Source of the DNA: Cellvibrionales bacterium UBA1963
GTDB lineage: Bacteria > Pseudomonadota > Gammaproteobacteria > Pseudomonadales > UBA7434
Length of the DNA stretch: 57,627 nt
Assembly (NCBI GenBank): GCA_002336035.1
Contig: DDED01000177.1
Span: forward strand, 1-57,627
Direction of reading: 5' to 3'
Made by a program: the position numbers and the translations under genes. The notes beneath the pieces were generated by a model, which had not been told where the DNA came from, did not search any database, and worked only from the letters and a program-made list of their open reading frames with translations. Shown piece after piece: positions 49,434 through 57,627 of the stretch (positions within the stretch are counted from its first letter, which is position 1; each line of letters opens with the position of its first letter).

Positions 49434-49701
49434 ATCATTTTCTCATAAGGCTAAAAAAGCCGATAATTATAAAACAGCTCGGCGCCAGGAACTAGCGTCA
49501 ATTGTTGATAATTGCTCTCATTACCAACGATTTTTTACTCAATTTTTAAAAAGACCCGCATTAGACGGGTTACAAGCTGTCAATCTAGCCACTGGCATCA
49601 TGGCCAACGCAGGAATTAGCAAAGTATAATCAAGTCACCAAAGAATCGTATGATAATCACTTTTACCGCTGTTATTTATTAACTGGCCAACAGGAATCAT
49701 T

Positions 49702-50610
49702 ATGAGCGTTGCAAACTTAGCTTACATTCACATTAGCGAAACGGAACTGGGCTCATGGGGAAACTACGGTGCAAATATTTTGGGCCTCATGCCAATCGAA
49801 AGACCCGAATTTACCGATCATACTTTTCTTAAAATGGATCATGCACCGTTTAGAATTTTAGTTTCAGTTGCCGATCAGGGTAAGATGTTGGGCTGCGGTT
49901 GGGATATGGGCTCCAAAGAAAACTATCAGGCCATGATCGCTAAACTTGAATCGGTTAATGCGAGCGTCACTGTAGGCGATGACCAGGGTGCTGATTTACG
50001 TTGTGTGACCGAATACGCGAGCGCGAGCGACCCATCAGGAAATCCGTTTGAAATATTTTATGGTCGCACTTCAACAGTCGAATGCGACGTGCCTTTTGTT
50101 TCACCTGTTGGCATAAAAGAATTTGTCACCGGCAATATGGGCTTAGGGCATGCTGTTATCCCCGCACCAGTTACAGAAGAAACACATGCTTTTTATATCG
50201 ACACCATGGGCTTCGGCATGAGCGATGACTTACGTATGCCGCCACCGGCAGAAGGCGTACCAGAACTGCGTATCATTTTTATGCATGCCAGCAATTCGCG
50301 ACATCATAGTTTAGCCTTGGCAAACTTTCCTCACCCCGTCGGTATCGTACATATGATGTTCGAGGTCACCAGTATTGATGAGGTTGGAGCATGCCTTGAT
50401 CGCGTCAACCAAGCCAATGTTCCAATTATGTCTACATTAGGTCGGCATTGTAATGACAACATGCTGAGCTTCTATTCTGTTGGTCCTGGCGGTATCGCAG
50501 TTGAGTTTGGCTATGATGGTTTGCAAATAGACGACTGGAGTCAATACCCACCGACCGAGTCGACTGAAGGTGATTTTTGGGGCCACGCTTATCAAGCCAT
50601 GCCAGGTTAA
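49702..50610 (+). CDS. Type I extradiol ring-cleavage dioxygenase (BphC/HsaC-like)
   Basis: Two VOC modules. GLGHAV, NSRHHSLAL, GIVHMMFEV and LGRHCNDNMLSFY line up with my recollection of HsaC/BphC. Confidence 0.88.
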   Translation: MSVANLAYIHISETELGSWGNYGANILGLMPIERPEFTDHTFLKMDHAPFRILVSVADQGKMLGCGWDMGSKENYQAMIAKLESVNASVTVGDDQGADLRCVTEYASASDPSGNPFEIFYGRTSTVECDVPFVSPVGIKEFVTGNMGLGHAVIPAPVTEETHAFYIDTMGFGMSDDLRMPPPAEGVPELRIIFMHASNSRHHSLALANFPHPVGIVHMMFEVTSIDEVGACLDRVNQANVPIMSTLGRHCNDNMLSFYSVGPGGIAVEFGYDGLQIDDWSQYPPTESTEGDFWGHAYQAMPG

Positions 50611-50632
50611 AAGACCTTAAAAGGGCGCTGTC

Positions 50633-52315
50633 ATGCGGCTAAAATTCTCACTACTGTCTTTAAGCCAAGCAAAGCTTGTTCAATGCATCAACGGAAATTA
50701 TTTAGCCTTGCTACTGGTTACACTTTTGTCCAGCGCAAACGGTATCGCTGCAGAAAAATCGTCAGCAGCAGAGCAAAAAAAACAAGAAAGTAGAGATGCC
50801 TGGGTTGCCAGCGATAAAATTGGAGAGCTGTATCTGGCTCAATGTGGCGTCTGCCATGGCAAACAGCTTGAAGGTAAAGCGATAGGTCCTGCGCTAATCA
50901 ACGTTGATCTCATCCATGGTGAAACCCTTAGCTTGCTCATGGCGAACATCAGCAGTGGCTTCGCTGGCAGCGGCATGCCAGCATGGAATGACACCTTAAC
51001 TAAAAATCAAATAAAAGCTTTAGCTGTTTATATCTTAGAGAAGCGTTCAGCTAATAGTCTCGATGCCACTCTTGGCTTAGGTACTCCGCCAGAAATTCCA
51101 ACCACTGTTCAAAAAACCGCACAACATGATTATACGCTTAGACAGGTTTATCATGGCTTAGAGCACCCTTATTCTATTGCACCATTGAAAGACGGTCGAG
51201 TGTTAATCACTGAAAAAGCTATTGGTTTGAGTCTTATCAGCGCCGATGGCGAGAGTAAACTACTGATCCAAGAAACGCCAAAAGTATTTGACGACGGCAC
51301 TCTTCGTGGCGCCACTTACACGGGAAGCGGTTGGATGCATGATGTAGAGTTACACCCTCAATATAGCGATAACGGTTGGATTTATTTATCTCATGGCCAC
51401 CGTTGCAACCATTGCAACGCACTCAGTAGGCAAACAAAAAAGTCAGTCGTCATGGTGCAATTAATTCGGGGGCGCCTCAAAGGCGATCGCTGGGTTGATG
51501 AGGAAATTATTTGGCGAGCAGAGCCCGATGCCTATATTGAGGGTATTGAAGTAGGTATGGGGGCTAGGATTACGTTTGATGATTCTGGCTATGTATATTT
51601 AACCCTCGGAAACATGATCGCTAACTATGCTGGCGCACAAGACCTAAACAAACCCTATGGTAAGACTCTTCGCTTGCATGATGATGGCCGAATTCCTACT
51701 GACAATCCTTTTATTAATAATAAGAATGCATTGCCGTCTATTTGGACTTTAGGTCATCGAAACCCTCAAGGCATTAGCTTCGATAAAAAACAGCGGGTGT
51801 TATGGCAAAGTGAACACGGACCTCGTGGTGGCGATGAAGCAAACGTCCTTCTGCCTGGGCGGAATTATGGCTGGCCGCTAGTGAGTCTCGGTTTAGACTA
51901 TGATGGAGCGCCTATTCATTACGACAAACAATTAGGCATCGTATTTGACCCCAACGATCTAGAGCCGACTAAAATCGACTGGACGCCTTCCCTTGGCGTT
52001 TCAAGTATTGCTTTTTATCAAGCAAAAAATACGTCTGATTTTGGTCATGAAAAAATGAACAAAGGTTATTTTTTTAAATGGAATAATGACTTGCTAGTAG
52101 CTACTCTGGCCAGTAACGACCTTTTAAGAATTAGCACAAAAAAAACTGAACCGACAAATGCAGAAGTGATTGTTAAAGATATTGGAAGAATTCGAGACGT
52201 AGAGCCTGGCTGGGACGGCCAGATTTACTTATTATTAGAACATTCAACTGGCAGCGCTATTGTTGCCATGCAGCAAGCCGACAAACAAACCAAGGCAAAA
52301 AACGATGTCAATTGA
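50633..52315 (+). CDS. Periplasmic cytochrome c - PQQ-dependent (sGDH/sorbosone-type) dehydrogenase fusion
   Basis: Signal peptide, CGVCHG heme c site, GHRNPQG and GPRGGDE...NYGWP. Confidence 0.85.
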   Translation: MRLKFSLLSLSQAKLVQCINGNYLALLLVTLLSSANGIAAEKSSAAEQKKQESRDAWVASDKIGELYLAQCGVCHGKQLEGKAIGPALINVDLIHGETLSLLMANISSGFAGSGMPAWNDTLTKNQIKALAVYILEKRSANSLDATLGLGTPPEIPTTVQKTAQHDYTLRQVYHGLEHPYSIAPLKDGRVLITEKAIGLSLISADGESKLLIQETPKVFDDGTLRGATYTGSGWMHDVELHPQYSDNGWIYLSHGHRCNHCNALSRQTKKSVVMVQLIRGRLKGDRWVDEEIIWRAEPDAYIEGIEVGMGARITFDDSGYVYLTLGNMIANYAGAQDLNKPYGKTLRLHDDGRIPTDNPFINNKNALPSIWTLGHRNPQGISFDKKQRVLWQSEHGPRGGDEANVLLPGRNYGWPLVSLGLDYDGAPIHYDKQLGIVFDPNDLEPTKIDWTPSLGVSSIAFYQAKNTSDFGHEKMNKGYFFKWNNDLLVATLASNDLLRISTKKTEPTNAEVIVKDIGRIRDVEPGWDGQIYLLLEHSTGSAIVAMQQADKQTKAKNDVN

Positions 52316-52712
52316 AAAAAATAAACTATTTGTCACTGCATTTATAAACGCAATGAGTGAAGGTAATACTGAAGCGATTATTAATGCTTATCACCCAGAA
52401 GGTCGAGTAGAAACGATGGGGAATACGCTTATTTCTGGTAGTCGGGGCCTCGATGAAATAAAAAGTTTTGCACCAGCAGTGTTAGAAGCTTTTCCAGCTA
52501 AGCTTAGCTTCAATATCAACCATATCACTGCAGAAGAAAACCGTGTTGCCGTCGAAGCCGAATCAAACGGGATTCATGTTTCCGGTAAGCATTACAATAA
52601 TCAATACCATTTTTTATTTGAAATAAAAGATGAAAAGATTTACCGGCTAAAAGAATATATGGATACAGAACTTGTCACTGACATTCTTTGTGGTGGCCAG
52701 AGACCCGGTTAA
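52305..52712 (+). CDS. SnoaL/NTF2-fold (ketosteroid-isomerase-like) protein
   Basis: 135-aa SnoaL_2-like pattern. ATG 52305 overlaps the upstream stop by 11 nt. Confidence 0.75.
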   Translation: MSIEKNKLFVTAFINAMSEGNTEAIINAYHPEGRVETMGNTLISGSRGLDEIKSFAPAVLEAFPAKLSFNINHITAEENRVAVEAESNGIHVSGKHYNNQYHFLFEIKDEKIYRLKEYMDTELVTDILCGGQRPG

Positions 52713-52757
52713 CATTAACCACTCATTCATTAGCATTAAACTTAAAAAGGACATTTC

Positions 52758-53636
52758 ATGGCGTTAAAAAATAATCGAGTAGTATTAGTCACCGGTGGTA
52801 GCCGTGGCGTGGGTAAAGGCACTGCTTTAGCACTTGGTGCAACCGGAGCGACAGTGTATGTATCAGGTCGCTCTACCAGTGACGGTCAAACTACCGCTTT
52901 GCCGGGTAATATCTACACAACTGCAGACGAAATTACCGCTCGCGGCGGAAAAGGTATCGCCGTCACTTGCGACCATACTGATGACCATCAAATCGCAGCA
53001 CTCATACAACAAGTTATTGATGAACAAGGCCGAATTGATATTTTAGTTAACAATGTTTATCAAGTGCCCGATGATATGCTTGAATGGCAACCCTTCTGGA
53101 AACGACCGCTCGATGATCATTGGCAAGCGATGATCGATTTAGGGCTTCGCGCTCATTATGTTGCCAGTTATCACGCCGCACCTCATATGATTGAGCAAGG
53201 TGCTGGGATGATCGTTAATATTTCATCACCCGGTGCGCGTTGTTACCTTCACTCAGTTATTTACGGCGTGGGGAAAGCAGGCAAAGATAAGATGATGCAT
53301 GACATGGGCAAAGAATTACGTGAATACAATGTTGCTGCATTGGCTATCTGGCCAGGCATTGTTAAAACCGAACGCTTAACCCCTGCTATTGAAGCCGATG
53401 CACTCCCAAAAGAATATGAAGCCTTAAAACCAGGCATGGAATCTGCAGAATACCCAGGCAGGATTATTGACGCTATTGCAAAAGCAGACAACTATATGGA
53501 CTACTCAGGTCGCTCATGGTGGAATTCTGAAATAGGCAGTGAGCTCGATGTTCAAGATATAGACGGCGCACAGCCAATGTCTTATGCACCGTTTATGGGT
53601 GAACCGGGCATTCCACCTGAAGCGATGGTGAAGTAA
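52758..53636 (+). CDS. Short-chain dehydrogenase/reductase
   Basis: TGGSRGVGKG, NNV and YGVGKAG (YxxxK). Confidence 0.85.
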   Translation: MALKNNRVVLVTGGSRGVGKGTALALGATGATVYVSGRSTSDGQTTALPGNIYTTADEITARGGKGIAVTCDHTDDHQIAALIQQVIDEQGRIDILVNNVYQVPDDMLEWQPFWKRPLDDHWQAMIDLGLRAHYVASYHAAPHMIEQGAGMIVNISSPGARCYLHSVIYGVGKAGKDKMMHDMGKELREYNVAALAIWPGIVKTERLTPAIEADALPKEYEALKPGMESAEYPGRIIDAIAKADNYMDYSGRSWWNSEIGSELDVQDIDGAQPMSYAPFMGEPGIPPEAMVK

Positions 53637-53638
53637 CA

Positions 53639-55102
53639 ATGGTCGGCCTCGATATACTTAATGACACGGATATCAATGAATGGCAAAGTGAACATGATTT
53701 ATTGGTCATTGGCTTTGGTGCAGCAGGTGCTTGCGCGGCGATTGAAGCAGCACAGAAAGGTAAAACAGTATTAGCACTCGAAAGGGGAAGCGGTATTGGT
53801 GGTACAACCAGTCTAGCAACCGGTCATTTCTATTTGGGTGGCGGTACTCGTGTTCAATTAGCTAATGGCATTGATGATAATGCCGATGAAATGTTTAACT
53901 ATTTAATGGCGAATACGCCTGATCCCGATGCCGAAAAAATTCGTGCTTATGCCGAAGACAGCGTTAGTCACTTTAATTGGCTAGTCGAACAAGGTGTGCC
54001 TTTTAACGATGGTTTTTATCGTAAAAAGCACTACGAACAACCCACTGATGAGTGCTTGATTTGGTCAGGAAATGAAAAAGCTTGGCCTTATTCGCAGCAG
54101 GCTAAACCAGCACCGCGCGGACATAAAGTTGAACACCCTGGCAGTGGTGGTGGCGCCATTGTCATGCAACGTCTTGGCGAAACAGCTAAAAAACTCAGCG
54201 TGAATTTTCAGTTTGATGCACAGGTCAACGGCCTGATAAAAAATAAAGATGGCCGTATTGTAGGGCTTAAATATAAGCACTTTGGTAACACATATTATGT
54301 TCGTGCCACTGCGGCCGTTATTATTGCTGCCGGTGGCTTTAGTATGAATGAAGCTATGGTTAAAGAGCATTGTCCTCAGCTAAATGCCGAAGGAGTATGG
54401 CCTCAAGGGACACCCTATGACGATGGAGGTGGTATTCAGCTCGGCCTATCCGCTGGTGGGCGAGCAGTTCATATGTCAAACATATTTTTAACTTCACCAT
54501 TTTATCCGCCAGAAAGTCTAGTAAAAGCTATTTTGGTCAACCAATACGGTAACCGTTTCATCAATGAAGATTCCTATCATTCACGTTCAGCTGCGGCCTG
54601 TATTGAACAGCCTAATGGTATCGCTTATCTTATTTGTGACAATGCCACATTTGCACGTCCTGAATTGAAGCTGCAGGAGTTAATTGATGCATGGGACACG
54701 GTTGAAGAAATGGAACAAGCACTATCTATACCAGCAGGCGCTTTGCAAGACACCATTAATAACTACAACCAACATGCTGAACTCGGCGAAGATCCTGAAC
54801 AACATAAACATAGCGATTGGTTGCAAGCGCTCAATCAACCGCCGTTTGCAGCACTGCAATGTTCATTTGAAAAATCCAGCTATACCGGTTTTACGCTGGG
54901 TGGTTTACAGGTTTCAAAAGATGCCGAAGTGCTTGATAACCATCAACAGGCTATTATTGGTCTTTATGCCGCCGGTGCTTGTGCTTCTAACATTGCTCAA
55001 GACGGTACTGGCTACTCCAGTGGTACTTGTATTGGCGAGGCCACTTACTTTGGTCGAAGGGCAGCACGACACGCAAGTCAATTAGCACCATCACATTGTT
55101 GA
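53639..55102 (+). CDS. FAD-dependent oxidoreductase of the fumarate-reductase / 3-ketosteroid-delta1-dehydrogenase (KstD) family
   Basis: VIGFGAAGACAA...LERGSGIGGTT at the N-terminus and a C-terminal GLYAAGACAS. It starts 2 nt after the upstream stop. Confidence 0.82.
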   Translation: MVGLDILNDTDINEWQSEHDLLVIGFGAAGACAAIEAAQKGKTVLALERGSGIGGTTSLATGHFYLGGGTRVQLANGIDDNADEMFNYLMANTPDPDAEKIRAYAEDSVSHFNWLVEQGVPFNDGFYRKKHYEQPTDECLIWSGNEKAWPYSQQAKPAPRGHKVEHPGSGGGAIVMQRLGETAKKLSVNFQFDAQVNGLIKNKDGRIVGLKYKHFGNTYYVRATAAVIIAAGGFSMNEAMVKEHCPQLNAEGVWPQGTPYDDGGGIQLGLSAGGRAVHMSNIFLTSPFYPPESLVKAILVNQYGNRFINEDSYHSRSAAACIEQPNGIAYLICDNATFARPELKLQELIDAWDTVEEMEQALSIPAGALQDTINNYNQHAELGEDPEQHKHSDWLQALNQPPFAALQCSFEKSSYTGFTLGGLQVSKDAEVLDNHQQAIIGLYAAGACASNIAQDGTGYSSGTCIGEATYFGRRAARHASQLAPSHC

Positions 55103-55109
55103 GAATATT

Positions 55110-55868
55110 ATGGATCTAACTACTGCCGTATTAATCACTGGTGGCGCATCAGGCATAGGGAAATCCTGTGCTGAAGTATTAGCCAGTCAAGGTCGGCCTA
55201 TTATTATTTGGGACATCGACGCAGACGCTGCTTCAACTGTAGCCGACCAGATCGGCCAGCAATTCAACATTGCCACCAGTAGCTTTGGCATAGACATAAG
55301 TCAATTCGAGCAATTCCCTGAAGCATTAGCCGCTAGCCGATTGCAGCATCACAGTGTTGGCGGCTTAGTGCATGCAGCAGGTGTCGATGGTAGCGTGCCG
55401 CTTGATGAACTGACACCAGCATTATGGCAGCGAATTATGGATATTAATTTAGGAGCGCTGCCCTTTCTCGTTCAACTCTTGCTGCCAGAATTTACCAATA
55501 ACTCCGGCTCAGCTATTGTGGGTATCGCATCAATTAATGCCCATTTAGGAAATCAAGCCAACCTTTCTTACAGTGCCTCAAAAAGCGGCATGCTAGGCCT
55601 TGTAAAAGCGCTAGCCGATCGCTTAGCCGTCGACCGAATTCGGATTAATGCCGTATCACCCGGACAAATTGACACGCCCATGTTAGCTGGCCCAATGGAT
55701 TACATGGATGGCCTGCGGGAACAATTTGAAAGTCGAATTTTATTGGGCCGCCTCGGCCAAGCCCGTGAAGTCGCTAATGCAGTAGCATTTTTACTCTCAA
55801 CGCAAGCAAGCTATATCACGGCAACTGAATTAGTCGTCGATGGAGGTAACCTTTCCTCTCAGCGATAA
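55110..55868 (+). CDS. Short-chain dehydrogenase/reductase
   Basis: TGGASGIGKS and YSASKSG. Confidence 0.88.
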   Translation: MDLTTAVLITGGASGIGKSCAEVLASQGRPIIIWDIDADAASTVADQIGQQFNIATSSFGIDISQFEQFPEALAASRLQHHSVGGLVHAAGVDGSVPLDELTPALWQRIMDINLGALPFLVQLLLPEFTNNSGSAIVGIASINAHLGNQANLSYSASKSGMLGLVKALADRLAVDRIRINAVSPGQIDTPMLAGPMDYMDGLREQFESRILLGRLGQAREVANAVAFLLSTQASYITATELVVDGGNLSSQR

Positions 55869-55994
55869 TTAACATAACCGACCAATACTTATAAGATTAG
55901 GTAATTTACGGATTATATTGTTAGTTAAAATGCCATTTTAAGGCGTAAAATCACGGTTGAAAAAAATTTTCGATAATAAAAAACAAGGAGTTCT

Positions 55995-57194
55995 ATGGAC
56001 ACTCAAGCCACTCATATCACTGCAGTTAGCCCAACAGAAATGTTGGATAAGGCAATTGCGATGCAACCCATGCTCCGTGAAAAAGCCCAATACACCAGAA
56101 GTTTACGACGCGTCCCTGAAGACACTATGGCAGCACTTATTGATGCAGGTTTTTTTAAAATGATGCAACCTGCGCGCTATGGCGGCTATGAAATGAATCC
56201 AAAACATTTTTATGATGTCGTTTTTGAAATCGCCAGAGCCTGCCCATCAACAGGTTGGGTGTTAAGCGTTGTCGGCGTTCACAATTGGCAGCTGGGCTTA
56301 TTAGATGATCGTGCCCAACAAGACGTCTGGGGGAAAGATACCAACCAGCTCATCTCATCCTCATACGCACCTAAGGGAAAAGCGGAGCCAACTGAAGGCG
56401 GTTTTAGATTCTCAGGACAATGGCAATTTTCAAGTGGCTGCGACCATTGTGACTGGATTTTTGTTGGCGGCTTATTGCCTGCAGATCCAAACATGCCTGA
56501 AATGCCACAACTCGGATCCTTTTTAATCCCACGCAGTGATTATGAAATCATTGATGACTGGCATACCACAGGCCTTCAAGGCTCAGGCAGCAAAACCTTG
56601 GTGGTTAAAGATGCTTTTGTTCCTGATTACCGTGTGCATAGTTTTATGCAGGGATTTTTGTGCCAAGGCCCAGGTCAAGAACTAAATACGGCACCATTAT
56701 ACAAGCTGCCCTTTGGTCAAGTCTTTATTCGCGCGGTTTCAACGCCGTCAATAGGAACTGCGCAAGGCGCGCTCGATGCGTATTGTGAATACAATTCAAA
56801 ACGATTAAATAGTGTTGGGCAAAAGGTTGTAGAAAGCCCCGCTGGACAAATTGCTGGCGCTCGTGCACTCTCCGCCATCCGCACAGCGCGATTAAAATTA
56901 CATCATGCATTTGATACTTTACTTGAGTATGCTGAAAAAGGTGAACCGTATCGAGACATTGATCGGGCTGAGTTTCGATATGACTCATGCCATTCAGTAG
57001 AAACGTTAATTCCTGTGGTGCAAGAATTGTTGGCTAACTCCGGCGGTACCGCTATTTATCAAGGCAATATTGTCAATGAATTATATCAAGATATTCTTGC
57101 CTTTAGGCAACATGCAGCCAACCAACCTTTTGCGCCAACAACTAATTTAGGCTCAGTTATGTTTGGCGCCCCTTCTAAAGACTTTTTCAGCTAA
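55995..57194 (+). CDS. Acyl-CoA-dehydrogenase-fold flavin-dependent monooxygenase, oxygenase component (HsaA-like)
   Basis: STGWVLSVVGVHNWQLGLLDDRAQQDVWG, SSSYAP, FSSGCDHCDW and GSFLIPRSDYEIIDDWHTTGLQGSGS closely track my recollection of M. tuberculosis HsaA. Confidence 0.85.
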   Translation: MDTQATHITAVSPTEMLDKAIAMQPMLREKAQYTRSLRRVPEDTMAALIDAGFFKMMQPARYGGYEMNPKHFYDVVFEIARACPSTGWVLSVVGVHNWQLGLLDDRAQQDVWGKDTNQLISSSYAPKGKAEPTEGGFRFSGQWQFSSGCDHCDWIFVGGLLPADPNMPEMPQLGSFLIPRSDYEIIDDWHTTGLQGSGSKTLVVKDAFVPDYRVHSFMQGFLCQGPGQELNTAPLYKLPFGQVFIRAVSTPSIGTAQGALDAYCEYNSKRLNSVGQKVVESPAGQIAGARALSAIRTARLKLHHAFDTLLEYAEKGEPYRDIDRAEFRYDSCHSVETLIPVVQELLANSGGTAIYQGNIVNELYQDILAFRQHAANQPFAPTTNLGSVMFGAPSKDFFS

Positions 57195-57221
57195 GTAGAT
57201 GTCTATCGCGCCCCTAAATGA

Positions 57222-57627
57222 TTACGGTTTAATACCCGTTCGTTTCAGGGGTTGCGGATCAATTAATTGCCTTTCACGACTGATCGATAAGCCCTTGATC
57301 AGCCTGTTGCGAAGTTCTCGTGGGTCAATTATCTCATCATAAGCCATAGTATCACCGGTAGACCAGGCGCCGCTTTCCTCGGCAGCCTTGAGCTTTTCAG
57401 CCATATCGGCATCCACCCCAGTGGCAATTCCACCGCCCAAGGCTGGAATACCACCCAGCGTAATACCTGGAAACGCTAGCGTCAGCGTTTGTTGATCAAA
57501 CGGGTTCATGCCCATTAATGAACTGCCAAAACCAAATGCTTTACGCACGGTGACATGTAACTTAGGACCGTCTATCGCCGATTGAGCGGCGTACATTCGT
57601 GCTGCCGCTCGTAAGGTACCCGCCTGC
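57222..57627 (-). CDS. Acyl-CoA carboxylase carboxyltransferase (beta) subunit, C-terminal part (gene runs off the right edge)
   Basis: ...VRKAFGFGSS...YDEIIDPRELR... The reading frame stays open to base 57627. Confidence 0.8.
   Translation of the reverse strand, partial: QAGTLRAAARMYAAQSAIDGPKLHVTVRKAFGFGSSLMGMNPFDQQTLTLAFPGITLGGIPALGGGIATGVDADMAEKLKAAEESGAWSTGDTMAYDEIIDPRELRNRLIKGLSISRERQLIDPQPLKRTGIKP

Noticed and set aside
1-57627. A search by eye for CRISPR arrays, tRNA or rRNA genes, IS elements, integrases, prophage genes, toxin-antitoxin pairs and known defence-system genes.
   Set aside because: None was found. All intergenic regions except 6446-7367 are under 400 bp, and every large ORF has a metabolic, housekeeping or transport assignment.

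Overview
57.6-kb chromosomal segment of a gammaproteobacterium. I saw no rRNA, tRNA, CRISPR array, integrase, transposase or recognisable defence or toxin genes. LEFT HALF (1-29.7 kb) is housekeeping: gltBD, an SLC13/TrkA-C permease, a DHH/DHHA1 phosphoesterase, a ComEA-like protein, an LTD-type surface protein, pyrF, lapBA, ihfB, rpsA, cmk, aroA, tyrA, hisC, pheA, serC and gyrA. Divergent from gyrA are an mtaD-like amidohydrolase, ubiG, a HAD phosphatase and an SDR. The ihfB-to-SDR order matches what I recall of Pseudomonas aeruginosa PA3161-PA3173. RIGHT HALF (29.7-57.6 kb) is an accessory oxidative/catabolic region with no regulator gene. (i) A minus-strand run of ten genes: beta-propeller, sulfotransferase, Zn-ADH and MFS, then TauD-like, DUF3604, a stand-alone molybdopterin oxidoreductase, an unknown protein, DUF385 and AlkB-like. 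(ii) An esterase-SDR-BVMO-SDR cassette. (iii) purC-MOSC in the opposite orientation. (iv) A steroid/aromatic-ring-type block with HsaC-like, KstD-like and HsaA-like enzymes, a SnoaL-fold protein, SDRs and a periplasmic cytochrome c-PQQ dehydrogenase. Points most worth a second look: the uncharacterised 29.7-42.2 kb gene run, which is my best candidate for an undescribed pathway; an MtaD-like protein with three catalytic positions substituted; tyrA and aroA in one reading frame separated only by stop codons; an LTD-only protein with a PEP-CTERM-like tail divergent from comEA; and a 922-bp AT-rich intergenic region with an orphan terminator. All calls come from reading motifs in the ORF translations and the DNA by eye. 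No searches were run.
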